63,589 nt of DNA, filler included, from Cercozoa sp. M6MM (GCA_040357565.1; 12 parts of 12 records of this genome joined end to end with filler, not necessarily neighbours in it); one strand, 5' to 3'. Positions 1-12,870 are shown, counted from the whole stretch's first letter. The notes: generated by a model from the sequence alone, not told the origin. A program made the numbers and translations.

Positions 1-1940
1 CACACGCACAACATTAACATACAGACTGGGAGCATATTCACCTGTGGTTCCTCGGACTCCTCGATGAAAGAGAACAGCGTGGCCAGCATCATCTGCACTC
101 TGATACGACAACACACACACACACACACGTTGTAACAGAAGTACAAACTCTCGATGTCAGTCGCAGTGACAGGAGTGTGCACCTCTGCGCAGAGGAACCG
201 ACGACGACGGTTCGGCCCATCTGCAGGTGCGCCGTGATGCACATGGCGACGAATTCTTTCGAGAAACTTGACTGACGGTGCAACCACTGTGCGCACACAC
301 GTACACACACACGTACACACGTTAACACACCCTTCATATAGCACCTTGCACGATATACCGATAGTGAGAAGTGAAGCATGACAGGCAGAAACTCGGGCGT
401 GTCCGAGACTCGGTACAACTCGAAAGATTCGGCGCCAGTTGCGGTGCCGCAGTGTGTCTCATCGCCGCTGCTGTGCTGCAGCTGCAGTGAGGTGCACCAC
501 TCGCGCAATGGACCGGCAAGCCGCAGTGCCTGTTTGTTCACCAACAAAAGCAGATACATATGGGCTGACCCAGGGAAGGTACAGGCTACTGCAAAAGGCA
601 TCAAATGTCGTGTCAGTGAGCGCGACGTTGCTGGCAGTAGCTGCCGCAACTGGTCCTGTGATTATTATACAACCATACAAACAAACATATAAAAAATCTA
701 CTAAAAGAGATACCAAAACGGCTGTGAGTTCCGAGAAACCGTTGGCACTCCTGTGACTGCGATTGTGAGTGTCAGTGACAGTGCTGGCAGCCGTGTCGGT
801 GGCCGTACTCTCATCGACGGTGTCATCGACCGCGTGATTGAGATCATCCGAATCCCTGTCGTTGTCGCTGTCGCTGTCAACGTTGTCGACATCGGTACTG
901 CGTCGCATCGCGCACGTTACTGAGCGCTGTTCGACCTCGTTCCTAACAAAGACACTATACACTCGTACATCTGCACACACAAACACCGAGTGACACCAGT
1001 CAACGTCGGCAAATATCCGTGCAAACATGAGTGCAAAGGTCGTCAACTGTATGCAAAGCATGCTTTCGACACACAAGGAGACAGGGCAGGTAGAGAGCTC
1101 GCACTTCAGTGTGCAGCCAATCGCAGATCGGTGCCAACGACAAACCATGCACTCTGTACAAACACCCACTCAAACAGTACGTGTACGTATGTGACGACAG
1201 AAGGACAGAGCACTCTCCGCGAACGGCTAATGTGAAGGCAAAGCGCACGAAGCGACTGTTGCCGCAAGGAAGGCGACACTGCACGGTGGCATGACCGGTT
1301 TGCACCTCGCTCAGGTAGCAGAACTGCGTCTGTACCTGCATAAGCACACACGAGACACTCTGCGGTATCTCGCACCTTCATGTCTGCAGTATCAATAGGT
1401 TACACGCTTCTTCAGTTCAGCGATCGACATCTCAAAGTCCTTGCGCAGCCAGTTCTTGTCGTCGCTCTCAAGTACTCCCTGTGAGAATTGTGATGAAAGA
1501 AAACGCCGCAATGAAGTTTCTCAGTTTGAGAGCAAAGCAACGGACCAGGTCGGGCCCAGTAAGAGCAGAATTGGGTGCCACTTCAGGTGGAAGTGTCATC
1601 TTCGCCAGGAATTGTGGCAAAGCATCGCCCAGATCACGTAGTACAAGCGATTGTCGGACACAACGTGCCACAGCGTCTGCGGTTCCGCGCGGAGGGCCAA
1701 TATCGTCACTGGGTTCAGCTACAATCCACTGAACGTTTAGAGGCCACAGAGCAAGCACCGATGGGCCAAACAACTCGTTCCAGTAGGACACCTGGGTCAG
1801 ACAATGCAAGGTCCTAGTAAATTGACTCGGTTGATCGATTTTATTGGCCTACCTGTAGGAACACCGAGTGGCCTTCAAGCATGACCGAGTGGTCCGAGTG
1901 CGTACGGTGTGTGCTTGTAGTACTCGTTGTGTCACCTCAT
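1..1940 (-). CDS. C9orf72-like longin/DENN protein (multi-exon, 3' end outside window)
   Basis: Spliced exons give QVSYWNELFGPSVLALW, PQFLAKMTLPPE, VQTQFCYLSE, TEVRALYLPCLLVC and FVAMCITAHLQMGRTVVVGSSAQR. These match, in order, the C9orf72 motifs FAYWDNILGPRVRHIW, TFLANHTLNGE, VKFFVLSE, ELSFYLPLHRVC and AISSHLQTCGCSVVVGSSAEK. Start inferred as ATGAG|GT at 1940. Confidence 0.78.
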
Positions 1941-2134
1941 AAGCAATCAGGCACTACGGTGTAGCTGCAAAGGCACGATCTCGAGAAGTGGCAATCGCGC
2001 ACCCTTAATAAGCAAACAGCCCTGAGTGAGCTGCTAAGCAAATCAACGAATAACAGTGCTGTTGCGGAATATAGTGCTTTCAAGTAGGCAATAATGTTTG
2101 TAGGCGACTTTGCCTTGCAGGTAATTGCCGCCTG

Positions 2135-2671
2135 ATGACTGTGGTACTATAGGATAGCATGGTCGGTGTGTGCAGACGGACGAGGCACTGTTCTCCTGCG
2201 TATGCGGCAGGCGACGACGACGCGAGCAGTTGCTGCTACTGCACGACGAAGCCAAGCGCCGGGACGTTTTGCTGTGTGAGCAGTGCAGCGGCACTACGCG
2301 TATCTGGCGCTGTCGTGCCTGCTCGTGCGTAGCAGGCGGTCGTCGCGCTGCCTCCAACGCTGTTTGTCCGCGGGGATGCGTGACATGTCCACGTTGTTTT
2401 TCATCCTTCCGCGCGGACCAAGTGTCTGACCAGTGCCGCAAGTGCCACGTGACCCTGCAGCCGCCTGCCGAGGAAAGCAAGTGTACGTTTTGTTTGTAGT
2501 ATGTACCTGCCTTTGTTTAGTTCCACTGTGTGTTTCTCCCTTTGTAGCAGAGGCGCAACTGTACCTGCAACGACTGCTTGGTCACTCGACGCGGTGTGTC
2601 TCTTGTCTCTGTATACTGTATTATATGTATATATATAGATATATGTATATGTGTGTGTGTGTATGTGTGTA

Positions 2672-2722
<51 letters not shown>

Positions 2723-2732
2723 NNNNNNNNNN

Positions 2733-2780
<48 letters not shown>

Positions 2781-3697
2781 AACAGTACACTGCTGCTGGA
2801 CGACGACGAAGCCGACGTGGCCGACTGGCACTTTCCTGCCTGGCCTGAGGGTATCTCTCTGTGCCTACTTTACACATGGGTAGATGTAGATACTGTCTCC
2901 GCGCAGAGAGGGAGTCGTGTGACGTGCGTGCCTACCTGGCTATGACCGGTGCTGGTACACTCCATACCCTTGCCTCAATCAGTCTGTTGGAGTGACCACA
3001 CAGTGTGTTTGACACAGACAGCGCGGACAGGTGGCAGCCTTGCCGTTTGACGACGCAAACCGATCACAAACGCGGCCGTTTCGCCATCAGGGATCAGTCG
3101 GGCGAAATCGCCGAGCCGCACGTGCTGCTGGAACCGTCGCCGTCAGTGCCGCTGACCAGATCGCAGTCGGTGACGGTGACACCGGCCAGTGAGGCACGTG
3201 TGCATCTGCCTCGTGTCACGGCAGCGATCGACGGTATTTCTACCACTGATGACACTCATGTCACCGTGCCTGTGACTGTGCACCTGTCGCCTGCCGCACG
3301 TGTGGCACGTGTCACCGTGTGCGCACCTTCCACTGACACTGACATTGACATTGACTGTGACAGTGGCAATGACCTCCCAGTGCACGTGCTGGTGACCACC
3401 CTGGACGGTGCCACGTGGCACACCGACCCTGTACCGGGGCGACGTCGCTACTGCCGTGCCCGTCGACTGTGCAGCACGCTACTGCCGGAGACGACCGTAT
3501 CGCTGCCTGCCTCGGTGACAGCCACGGTGCACGTGCCTGTTGCTGCCTCGCTCGCCTGTCTCACGCTGCTGCTGCAGTGCCGATCTCTCCCCTCCGACGA
3601 CTCGTCGCCGTCAGACACCGGCGCGATCCGCGACGGCGACAGCGGCGACGTGCATGCCATGGAACTTTTTTTCCGCGTGCCTAATCGCGCTGTGTAG
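2135..3697 (+). CDS. Divergent dynactin p62 (DCTN4)-like protein
   Basis: N-terminal Cys array (FSCVCG...LCEQCS...RCRAC...CPRGCVTCPRC) followed by a beta-rich C-terminus as in p62. GT-AG introns splice in frame; stop TAG at 3697; start uncertain. Confidence 0.5.
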
Positions 3698-3707
3698 CTC
3701 TTGCGTC

Positions 3708-3742
3708 GGGTATGCCCGGATTGGCCAATCCGGGACATACCC
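3708..3742. mobile_element. 35-bp palindromic micro-element (fused TIRs) with ~8-bp target-site duplication
   Basis: GGGTATGCCCGGATTGG|CCAATCCGGGACATACCC, flanked by CTTGCGTC / TTTGCGTC. One arm recurs at 15408. Confidence 0.6.
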
Positions 3743-3843
3743 TTTGCGTCGTATACAAACATAAGTTGCTGAACTAACTAGTTCGATTGTTGCTGCGACT
3801 TTGTGGCGATGCCACACGACAACAAGAACTAAAATGACTTCAG

Positions 3844-4321
3844 TGTTACTGCGGCTCAATGGCCCAATCAGTAAGGGAAAGGAGAGACTAAATAAATCAT
3901 TCAATTAGGTAAGTCGTCACTCAGTTGAGTCAACGTTAGAACTGTAGGTGAAATACCCCTACTGGGTCTCGTAGTGATCCACTGGATCTCGACCGAAGGC
4001 AGACGTCCTTGGTCGTAACAATGCGTTTATGGAAGAAAAACTCCGCCTGTGAACACACGACGAAGTGAGTGGAATGGAAACCAGCCAATGAGCTAACTGA
4101 CCAGGCTGAAGCCGTGACGGAGCTTTCTGCTTCTCTGCAAGGACTCTGTCCAGGCAAGATCTACAGCAACAGCAATCCACTGAGTCAGTAGTTAGGTCTC
4201 AGAGCAAGGTACCAAGCCAAAACACTCTTAAACTCCTTCCTTTCTCAAACTTGTTGAGACATAAGTTATGACCTCCACGCGGACGAGTCAGAGCAATGAT
4301 TACTGAAAATGTGCAGTAACA
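3844..4321. mobile_element. Solo-LTR-like element, family A (478 bp)
   Basis: Termini TGTTACTGC...GCAGTAACA; 4-bp TSD TCAG (3840-3843 / 4322-4325). A near-identical second copy starts at 58744. Confidence 0.85.
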
Positions 4322-4411
4322 TCAGTCATTACTCCTTTGAAGTCAAATGACGTAAGCAAGATCGTGGTAGTATGTGTATGGTGCACAAGTGGGCGCAACG
4401 CAACTCGAAGT

Positions 4412-5287
4412 CTATTCCTCCTGCTCAGGCGCGGCTTGCTTCTTGCCGAAGACGCGCTTCTCGATGCGCTCGAGGTCATCGTCGGTGATCTGTCGGTTGG
4501 CGGCGAGCATCGACTCGATCAAGGCGATCTCGTCCGACGGCGCGGCATCCACAATCTTGTCCTGTTCGCGGTGGCACATGACAGGGCCATGCAAGGCAAG
4601 AGGGACAAAACCAAAACATCAGGAACGCACCAGGCGTTGTCGCTGCTGCTCCGTGAGCTGTGTGCGCGTGTTCTCCACGTCTTCCGGTGCCTCAGCCTGC
4701 TCTTCCGGCTCGGCCTCCAGATCTGCCCCCCATATCGTGATAACAGACTATATACAATGATACACACAGGCACATGCGGGTGGTACCCAGGTTCATCTTG
4801 GAGGCGTCCACTCGCTCCTTGCGCGACACTCGTCGGTAGTCCTATATGAAGGTAGAAGGATAGACGGTAAAGGGAAGCTGATGGTACATACCAGTCGACG
4901 CAGGTTGGGACACAGCGCAAGCACTCTCATTCGGTATCCGTCGGCACGAGTGACCGGGTTGCCTGTGGGTACAGCAAACGCATCACACTATACAGACAGA
5001 CCGAGGTGGTGCACATGCGGCGGTACCGACGAGACAGAGTGTTTCGAGTGACTTGAAGTGACGCAGCGGAGTCAAATCGCTCAAACGCGAAATCTGCTCC
5101 AAACGATGATAGTCTAGTACTGCTCATGAAAGAACGACTGAGGACTACCTGATTGTACGACAGCAGCAGTGCCTCCAAGTTCGGCAGCGACTTTGCCTAA
5201 ACAGCACGAAAGTAACGGTACAGGACATACAAAATAACGGTACGCCAAAGATATACATATAAATATACATATGTAGAAACAGAGGAA

Positions 5288-5331
<44 letters not shown>

Positions 5332-5845
5332 GGGAGTAAAGAGCGGATACAGCAGACGGGTGGATCTTCACGATGCGGTTGTGCGACAGCATGAGCGTGC
5401 GCAGGCGCTGCATACGAGGCACGTTGTCGATCACCTCGACGGCGTTGTGCGACATGTCGATGCAGTCGTAACCGTCGGCCAGCACACCCTGTTTACAGCA
5501 GACAGTGATGCAAGGCATAGCCACGCGCATAGCCAAAGCATGAGCGTACAAGATTCTCGATCATGGGAATCTTGTTGTTTCGCAGGCACATCTACATCAC
5601 ATGAGTATCACACACGACACACATATACAAAAGGAGACACACTTCGCGCTCATTGAGCGGGTTGAGCCGTGACTCGGACTGGTCGATCAGCACACTCGTC
5701 AGTCTGCACACACAAGCCAACAAACATTCTTGGAGTTCATTTGTGTTGATTTCCTCACAAACTACTTTCCAAAATACAACCAAACAACAGGGGCACTCCC
5801 AGATACCCGCCACAATTAACACACAGGCACGGCCGGCTACCTCAT
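4412..5845 (-). CDS. SNRPA1: U2 snRNP protein A' (LRR)
   Basis: MRLTSVLIDQSESRLNPLNERE-MCLRNNKIPMIENL-GVLADGYDCIDMSHNAV...RLRTLMLSHNRI...LPNLEALLLSYNQI...GNPVTRADGYRMRVLALCPNLRRLDYRRVSRKER; 9 introns. Confidence 0.93.
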
Positions 5846-6057
5846 GATGTTTTCTTTCTCTCGAAAGTCTGACGACTGAGAGTAATACTGTCTGGGTGGT
5901 TCTGCGTCGCACACACGCGTGGCAACACAGGCAGTGACGCTGGGGAAGGCGGTGTTTGGCTGATTTAGTTAAGGCTGCGTCCAGTTAAAAGCTAGCAACA
6001 ACTTGCAATATAGTCGCGGCTTAGAGAATCCACGTACTTTTTGGCACTCAAATCAGT

Positions 6058-6887
6058 ATGGCACAGGTTTCTCGGCACTCTGTGCCGACTGTGAGTGAGA
6101 AATTTACCGACGGTCAGACTGAGGTAGTGTTTGGCTGATGTGTCCGATGATAGGTAGGTGTCTCATGTGGTCCGGTGTGCTGGCAGAGCGGTGACACAGT
6201 GAGATGGCGCACACGCGTGGAGTTGCAAAACGAGTCGCTTGACGCGCTTTCTGTGCGACCGGTAGATTCTCCTTTCTCTGTGCTTCAGCCTTGCTGAATG
6301 GTGTCGTAGCATGTGGCACACCCGTCCTGCGGAGCTGTGGCACGATTCGATGGCACAACGCGCGACTTTTTCAGTGGCAAGCAGGTTCTGCGGGTATCTC
6401 GCTGTGTGTACTTGTTGTGACTCATTTCTCAGTCTCCTCGTACTTGACTAGTTGGAGTACGAGGCCTACTCGAGTATGGCAGTCAGTCAGATGCACGCAC
6501 TGTGCGACCAGGCACGTGCTAAGTGGCCTTCGTTGGGACACATTGCGGTGTGGCACCGCCTAGGCGGTACACAGCTTGCTATACCCCACCATCAGAAATC
6601 CTCATTTCCACACAGAGTGTCCGGTGATGGAGACGTCGATCGTGGTTGCTGTGGCGTCGCCGCACCGTGAGGAAGCATTGGCCGCGCTCACGTGGCTCGT
6701 GGACGAGCTTAAGGCCAGTGTCGCCGTCTGGAAAAAAGAGTGCTACGCCGATGGCAGTGTTTGGTGTGCCCTCTTCTTCCCACACATCTTGTAAGTGGAT
6801 CTCCGCTGACACAGGAAAAGCAACAAGGAGTTCGACCCGACGCGCTGCGCCTGCGGTCGTGCACGTGCCTCGCGTTCGTCCGACTAG
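6058..6887 (+). CDS. MOCS2: Molybdopterin synthase catalytic subunit (MoaE/MOCS2B)
   Basis: SCGAVARFDGTTRD...LEYEAYSSMA...IAVWHRLGECPVMETSIVVAVASPHREEA...VDELKASVAVWKKECYADGSVWKSNKE; 5 introns. Confidence 0.93.
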
Positions 6888-7244
6888 CGTACTGTACGTA
6901 CGTCGCGTGTAGCGTAGTTTCAGTACCACCGGAACTGAAAGAAATTCAGTTGCAATAATCTCTATTAATGTTAAGTACGGTTAAGTACTCGAGGGATTAC
7001 TGTGCGCATGCCTAATGCACTATGCCAGCGCTGTTAGAACTTTTGTGACATATTCCGGGAATCCTACCGTATCGTCGGGTAAAAATAGTGAGCCGATAAA
7101 ACTGAGCCAACAAGCAGATCTCAATGTTGATCAGTATACATACAAAGATAGCACGTTTCACTGACCCCCATATTACGGCTAGCTAGAGGTCAGACTCAGA
7201 GGTGGTTCAACGATCCAGTGCCTTGCCGGCCCTAGCCAGCAGAG

Positions 7245-8419
7245 TTAGTGACGACGCTTGAGGGTGACAACGAGGATGCCGTCGTGCATCCAAGAGTGTG
7301 CGTGCTCCACCAAGGCGTCGCGTGGCGCGCGGAACTCGCGGTGGAAGGCGCCGATACGTCTCTCTTCGCGCAGCGGCGACGGGTGCGGCGACATGAGACC
7401 TCGGAGCTTTTTCTTGCCTCTACAGTATACAGTAGACATGATAGTATGCGGCATGAAAGTAGAGGAATGATGTAGCTTACAGGTGCCAGTGTGCAACCGA
7501 CTTGCCGTGCACCGTGAGAATGCGCCGCTTTTCGTCTGCGTGCACGCTGACGTCGCGATGCCGCACACCTGGGATGTTGAACACCACTTCGTACCGGTCG
7601 CGGTAGCGAAAGATGTCGGTGCGTGGACGCCAGCGACCGCGGTCGTCGATACTGGCCACCAGGCGCTCGTGTCTGTAGGTTAGAACGTGTACTTTCACAG
7701 AGCTGCAAAAAAAAAACCGAGAGTGAGCTGGCATACTTTTCAAAAGAGGAGGCAACAGAAGCACGAGCGACACGTCCCTCCTCCCGGCTTCGTCTGCTCC
7801 GACTTCGTTCTACGTATGTATAGATATAATATATATATATATATACTGTAGTGTATACATAAATTCTAACTGTACCTCTCGTTTTGCGCCGGCGTCGTTC
7901 GCGACTGCGAGTGCGAGAGCCAACGCTCGTGCTTGCGCGGATTCGTTCGCGCTCACGAAGGACTGACTTTGATCGTCGTCGTAGTTTGCTCGGTGACATT
8001 GAAGGTGACGGCGAGTACGAGCGGCGACGGTGACGCTCCTCTTCCCTGTATTTCGATCTTGATCGACCTCGCTTCTCTTCGTGTGATCGGTGCCTTCTAC
8101 AGTACTCGCAATTGGTGTGCGTGCGTATGAGTGCATGTGTGTGAGTGTGTGTGTGCGTGAGAGTGTGTGTGTGCGTAGGAGTGCATGTGAGTGAGAGTGT
8201 GTGTGCGTGTGTGCGAGTGTGTGCGTGTGTATGGTGTGTCCAGTGGTATAAAGAGATCAAGTACCGACCTCGGAAGCCGAAAAGCCGTTCGCGCCAGCCG
8301 GGTCGCTTGCGGCGTCGAGCACCCTTCGCACGAGGACTGCGGCCCCGGCGAGGACTGGGACTACCACTGCTGTACCGACTACAAAAAACCCCTGAATACA
8401 GGTATTCGCACACTCAAAA

Positions 8420-8497
<78 letters not shown>

Positions 8498-8600
8498 CTG
8501 TGAGAAGAGGTAAATAGTAGGATACGATCGACTGTAGTAACGGGCATAGGAATCTACATCGACGGAGGGATCGCGGGCATCACGTTCGTCCAAATGCCTC

Positions 8601-8646
<46 letters not shown>

Positions 8647-8647
8647 T

Positions 8648-8681
<34 letters not shown>

Positions 8682-9506
8682 CACGCATACACACGCATAC
8701 ACACACATACATACACACACGCACGCACACTCACACACACACACACGCACAAAAGACAGTTTAACTCCACACACATAGAGGAGGAACACTGTTCGTAAAT
8801 TTTACTAGATCTGCAGCGAGAAGCTCTTCCGCACGCTGACGTGAGCGAGGCGACCGAGCGTCGCGTACTCTCTGTACAAATTAAACAAGGTGACTCGCTC
8901 AGAATCGCCGTCCTGTATTGGTATTCTCAAGGTGTACTCTCTCATGCTCGCGGATGAGAGCGCCGACAGTATCGCGGGGTGTCTCGTGCTCCCGTGACTG
9001 TCGAAAACGGCCATACCTCAGTTGCAAAGATGGAAAGAATGCGTGTTTACGCGAGAACGACGCCGCTCGAGTCGCAACGGCGGCAGTTGGCGTGCCACTT
9101 CGGTTTTTGCGTACCCACCAGCTCCCTCACTGACGTATCTGTACCCTTCGGCTTCGCCATATTTAGCTTTCGCTTTTCTGTGCAAGAGAACCGCATGACA
9201 CTGTATTTTGGTCACACTGAGAAGTGAGAGATCTTTGCATTTTACAAGCGAGCCTCGTGCTTGCGCATGAGTTCCGAGTCGGCGACAGGCAGCACGTCGA
9301 TCTCCCTGCCATCCACCATGAGTGCCAAGCCAAGTCGCCCGTCGCGAATGTTGTTGAGGAGTGGCGATGCACTCGGCACGCGGACCTCCACAACTAGGGT
9401 AAACACGAGTAAGGTCGCTTAGTCTTAGCCACTGGTCTTCCAACTCGGCCGGAAGTAAATTACCGCTGCCTTCAGAGTCACACGAAACATCCTCGTAATC
9501 GTGCAT
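7245..9506 (-). CDS. Small heat-shock (HSP20/alpha-crystallin) protein with long Arg/Ser-rich N-terminal region
   Basis: C-terminal RWRPRTDIFRYRDRYEVVFNIPGV...LTVHGK...REERRIGAFHREFRAP...MHDGILVVTLKR*. In-frame upstream exons include SPSPRRGRSPR, RSRSKYR, RRRSYSPSPS and RSRSRRSREE. The 5' exons above 8602 are tentative. Confidence 0.75.
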
Positions 9507-9789
9507 GCCTGTCGATCTGCACCTAGACCAGATGCACACTGTGCATCAAGACACTAGCGATTGGGAGTGCTGGTTCGACTCAGTCAGACTCGCCCAATTC
9601 GGAATGCAATCTCCGAATCGACGCTGGTTGGCACGCAAAACCCTGTCCAGGCAGGTTCTGCTTTGCACAGCGCCACAACACATGCCCAACAACTCTAAAG
9701 TTCAATTTTGTTCCGTATTTGGCCCATGGATCGATGAATTTTGTTCCGTTTTGCACCCGGACTAAAACGAAAATTATTTTGGAAAAAGT

Positions 9790-10020
9790 AACGCGGGCCT
9801 TACCCTTGATTGAACTACCTCAATGTTCTGTCGATAAATACCCCGCGGAGAGCCTCTGTACCCTTTTTGCATCCCTGTAGCGTAGACTCAGGAATTGCAG
9901 GTCGCGTCGCCCCAACCATCTATCATTCTAATCGATAACAAACAAAACCACACAGCCCGGTCGGTCTCGACTGAGTGATCCACCCTACGCTACTGCAAAA
10001 GTAGTGCCGTGCAGGGCCCG
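9790..10020. ncRNA. Candidate structured non-coding RNA or fold-back element (unidentified)
   Basis: Nested complementary blocks CTTTTTGCA/TGCAAAAG, GTAGCGTAG/CTACGCTAC and ACTCAG/CTGAGT; also CGCGGG/CCCGCG and end-pairing CGGGCCTT/AGGGCCCG. Minus-strand T5 run at 9783-9787. Confidence 0.3.
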
Positions 10021-10131
10021 GAACTGCAAGATCGAGTTCGGTCGGTTTCCAAGTGTGGGTCACGGGAGCCGCCAACGCCGCAGTATAACAGGTACTCGCC
10101 ACAGGCACATGTAGTGTTCAGTCGGCTCGAC

Positions 10132-12800
10132 TCATTTTCGCTGCTGCTGCTGCTTTCGTTTCGATACAGTTTTGCCGAGACCAGCCGTCTTGCGGCGTTC
10201 GTTTCTACAAATAAACAAAACATGCATTTGCGTATTTATTCATGGACGTGTTTGTTGGCGTACTTGGACATCTTTGAGCGATCACGCGCGCCTTTTCCAC
10301 CCTCCCAGTAGCGTGTGGCTGCAAAGACAAATCAGTCAAAGTACGGATGCAAAATAGCAGCGCAGATAATAGGTACTTCGCGTGTCGACGAGGGACTCGC
10401 CACATTGAGTGCACGTGCCAACACTGACGCTCTGTTCGTGGCAGCAGCGTCCGCAGATGTCTGAGCAGGAGAGAGATAGAGAGAGGAAGGTACAGTGCAA
10501 TGTGATACACACAAAGAGCATACGACGAGATGCGCGTTGCGATTCGTCCTCCTGGCATAGCTCATCGACTGGCGTGGCGTCCATGTGGCATTGCGAGCAC
10601 TGCACAAAGGACGATACTTTGGGACGGAGACAGCTAAAGAGACAAGTACCGGGAAGGCGCGTCCACAACAGCGCGTGAAACGGAACCAACGGCGACTGCG
10701 CCGTGCATGCTTGCAGGCACCTGTACGTACACAGGCAAATAACCTCAGTCAGATACCTTAAATACAGGCCAAACTCGTCGGAAGTACCAAGGTCAGGCAG
10801 TGAATGACCCGGCTTCAAGATGGCACTTTCGAGCGCCAGTGCCTGTCGTTTCGGTTTGTTGTCAAGGTCGACACGGCGTTTGAGGTCGCGCACCACTGTG
10901 TCTTGCAGTCTACAATGTATACATGCGTACAAGAGAAGTCCAGGAAACAGTAGCTAAAGAGGGCACACAGTCGAGGCGAGGGAGAAATCTTGACGATCTT
11001 GACCTCGGACATTGTTAACTGCCACCTGTCTCCTGCTCACACATGGCACAGACATGACCCTTGGCGATGACATAATGACGCAAACGAGATACCACACTGG
11101 CGACAGTTATCGCGACGCGTCTCACGAAGTAGCGACTTGACAAGCTGCGCGTTGGAGCACGTGCAGCACACCGACCAGTGCGCAGTCAGCCAGTCGAATG
11201 GCTACAGCAGAGGAATGCCATGATATATGACACTCACACGCACACACACACACGCACACAGAGTGCAGTACAGTCCAGCACAAGTGCACAGTACAGTACA
11301 ATGATCGATGTGCAGCGTCAAAGGCACGCGCATCGTAGCATGCGCCGACAGCATGTGTCTCGTGCCTGAGCATGTCAGTCAGATATCCTCTGTTGCATGA
11401 GCAGAACACACCTCGAACAGCAAAGGGTCGCTGGCACTGCTCGCACAGCGATGTCTTCTCGCAGACACGCGAGGTGCCGTGGAACTGCAGCGTTGACGTG
11501 TTCAAACTGCGCGGGGGGGGGGGGGGATTAAGTAGAATAAAAGGATAGAACGCAAGTGTACTGACGACATGTGGCACAACGCAGCTGCAAAGAGGCAAAG
11601 GTCAGATCGGCAGCATCGACTCCCTTGAGTGAAAGCTCGTGCAGTTGCAACTCTGTTCCGCGCAGATTCGACTCAATTTCTGCCGTCTTTTCTGATGCCG
11701 CATTATCAGCGTTGTCATCCTTTGCCTCCTCTGGCGTTTCTTCTGTCAACAGGAAACACATTCCATGTGCCTTTAAGAAGAAAAGAAGCCGTACCGGGAC
11801 CAGCGCGCAAACGTTCGCGGTAGTCACGAAAGTACAGCAAACACTGCTTTGGCGTTTTCGTTGGCACGTACTGTAATTTCGCATTTCAAGGAATCAGGAT
11901 CAGGACACAAGGATGAAAGAAGGCGCCAACCTCAGACAAACGGCGGAAACGATCGCGTGAGTTGAGATTCTCCTTGCGGAGATCGGCCAGACCGGAGAGC
12001 AACTGCTGGTGCTCTGCGTTGCTCCAATCACCCATGCCAAGTTTCTGCCCAGCACGCACATCAAACTCACAAGCACCAGAACAGCATTAAAACGGATATA
12101 GCAAAAATACCCGCGTCTGTTCGGCAAGTTTGCGTTCGTTCTCGACACGGAGCGCAGCTTCTTCGGCCAAGGAAAGCGGTGTCGACTCACTCGAAGCGTC
12201 AGTCGACGATTGCTCTTCTGTTTGTTCGCTCACAGAACTGACCGAAGGAGTAGAGTCAACATGCGCCTTTGATTCACGGTTTTGCTGTTCCTGGACCTTC
12301 TTGCGCTCACGAGCTGCTTCAACTTCAACCGCAAGTGCCAACAGCGAATCCATTTCGTTCTCGACAAAGCGGACGAAAGCGAGTGCGCGGTTGGTGCCTC
12401 TCGTCCGAGCCATGGCTTGCCGAAGCACTTGAGTGACTAGCGTCACATCGAAATCACCTAGAAAAGAAGTAACCTCCGTTTAGACAGTCTTTGGCCCCTC
12501 ACAATCCTTAGCTACCACAGTTGACGCAGTAGGTGAGGAAAGAGCCATCCGCGCGGACCTGAATCACGAGACTGAGTGTTTCCACTGTGTCGCCGAAGCG
12601 AAACTCAGGATCTGTCGGCAGCACATCGCAGATCGCGTAGTCGTCCCGTAAAATGCACCTGTCACCAAGTCGCTTCTTGACAGCTGCAATGTCCTGCCAA
12701 AAGACGGAATTCAAACAATAATGATATCATACAGGTAAACTACCTTATCGAATTTCGCAACAACTTCCGGACTAATTCCCGGAACGCTGCCGCTTCCCAT
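10132..12800 (-). CDS. CHY zinc-finger protein (uncharacterised family with C-terminal WEGGKG motif)
   Basis: PGHSLPDLGTCKHARRSRRWFRFTRCCGRAFP..., and C-terminus YWEGGKGARDRSKMSKNERRKTAGLGKTVSKRK...*; ATG at 12800. Confidence 0.75.
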
Positions 12801-12870
12801 AGCCAGCTGAGCGTAATAGCACGGCTAGGCTTCTGTTAGAACAAGCCAAAGTTGCACCATTCAGGTTTTT

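Noticed and set aside
9553-9582. A-box/B-box-like TAGCGATTGG...GGTTCGACTC
   Set aside because: The boxes are only about 8 nt apart and no cloverleaf forms; not a tRNA.
9704-9750. AATTTTGTTCCGT direct repeat upstream of the HSP20 gene
   Set aside because: Two copies only; not a canonical nGAAn heat-shock element, and no function can be supported.
9970-9985. GGTGGATCACTC (minus strand) resembling the 5' end of 5.8S rRNA
   Set aside because: Similarity does not extend beyond about 12 nt.
10084-10098. ATAACAGGTACTCG as a variant U1 5' end complementary to GTACC donors
   Set aside because: No U1 stem-loops or Sm site follow, and it would run antisense into the CHY gene.
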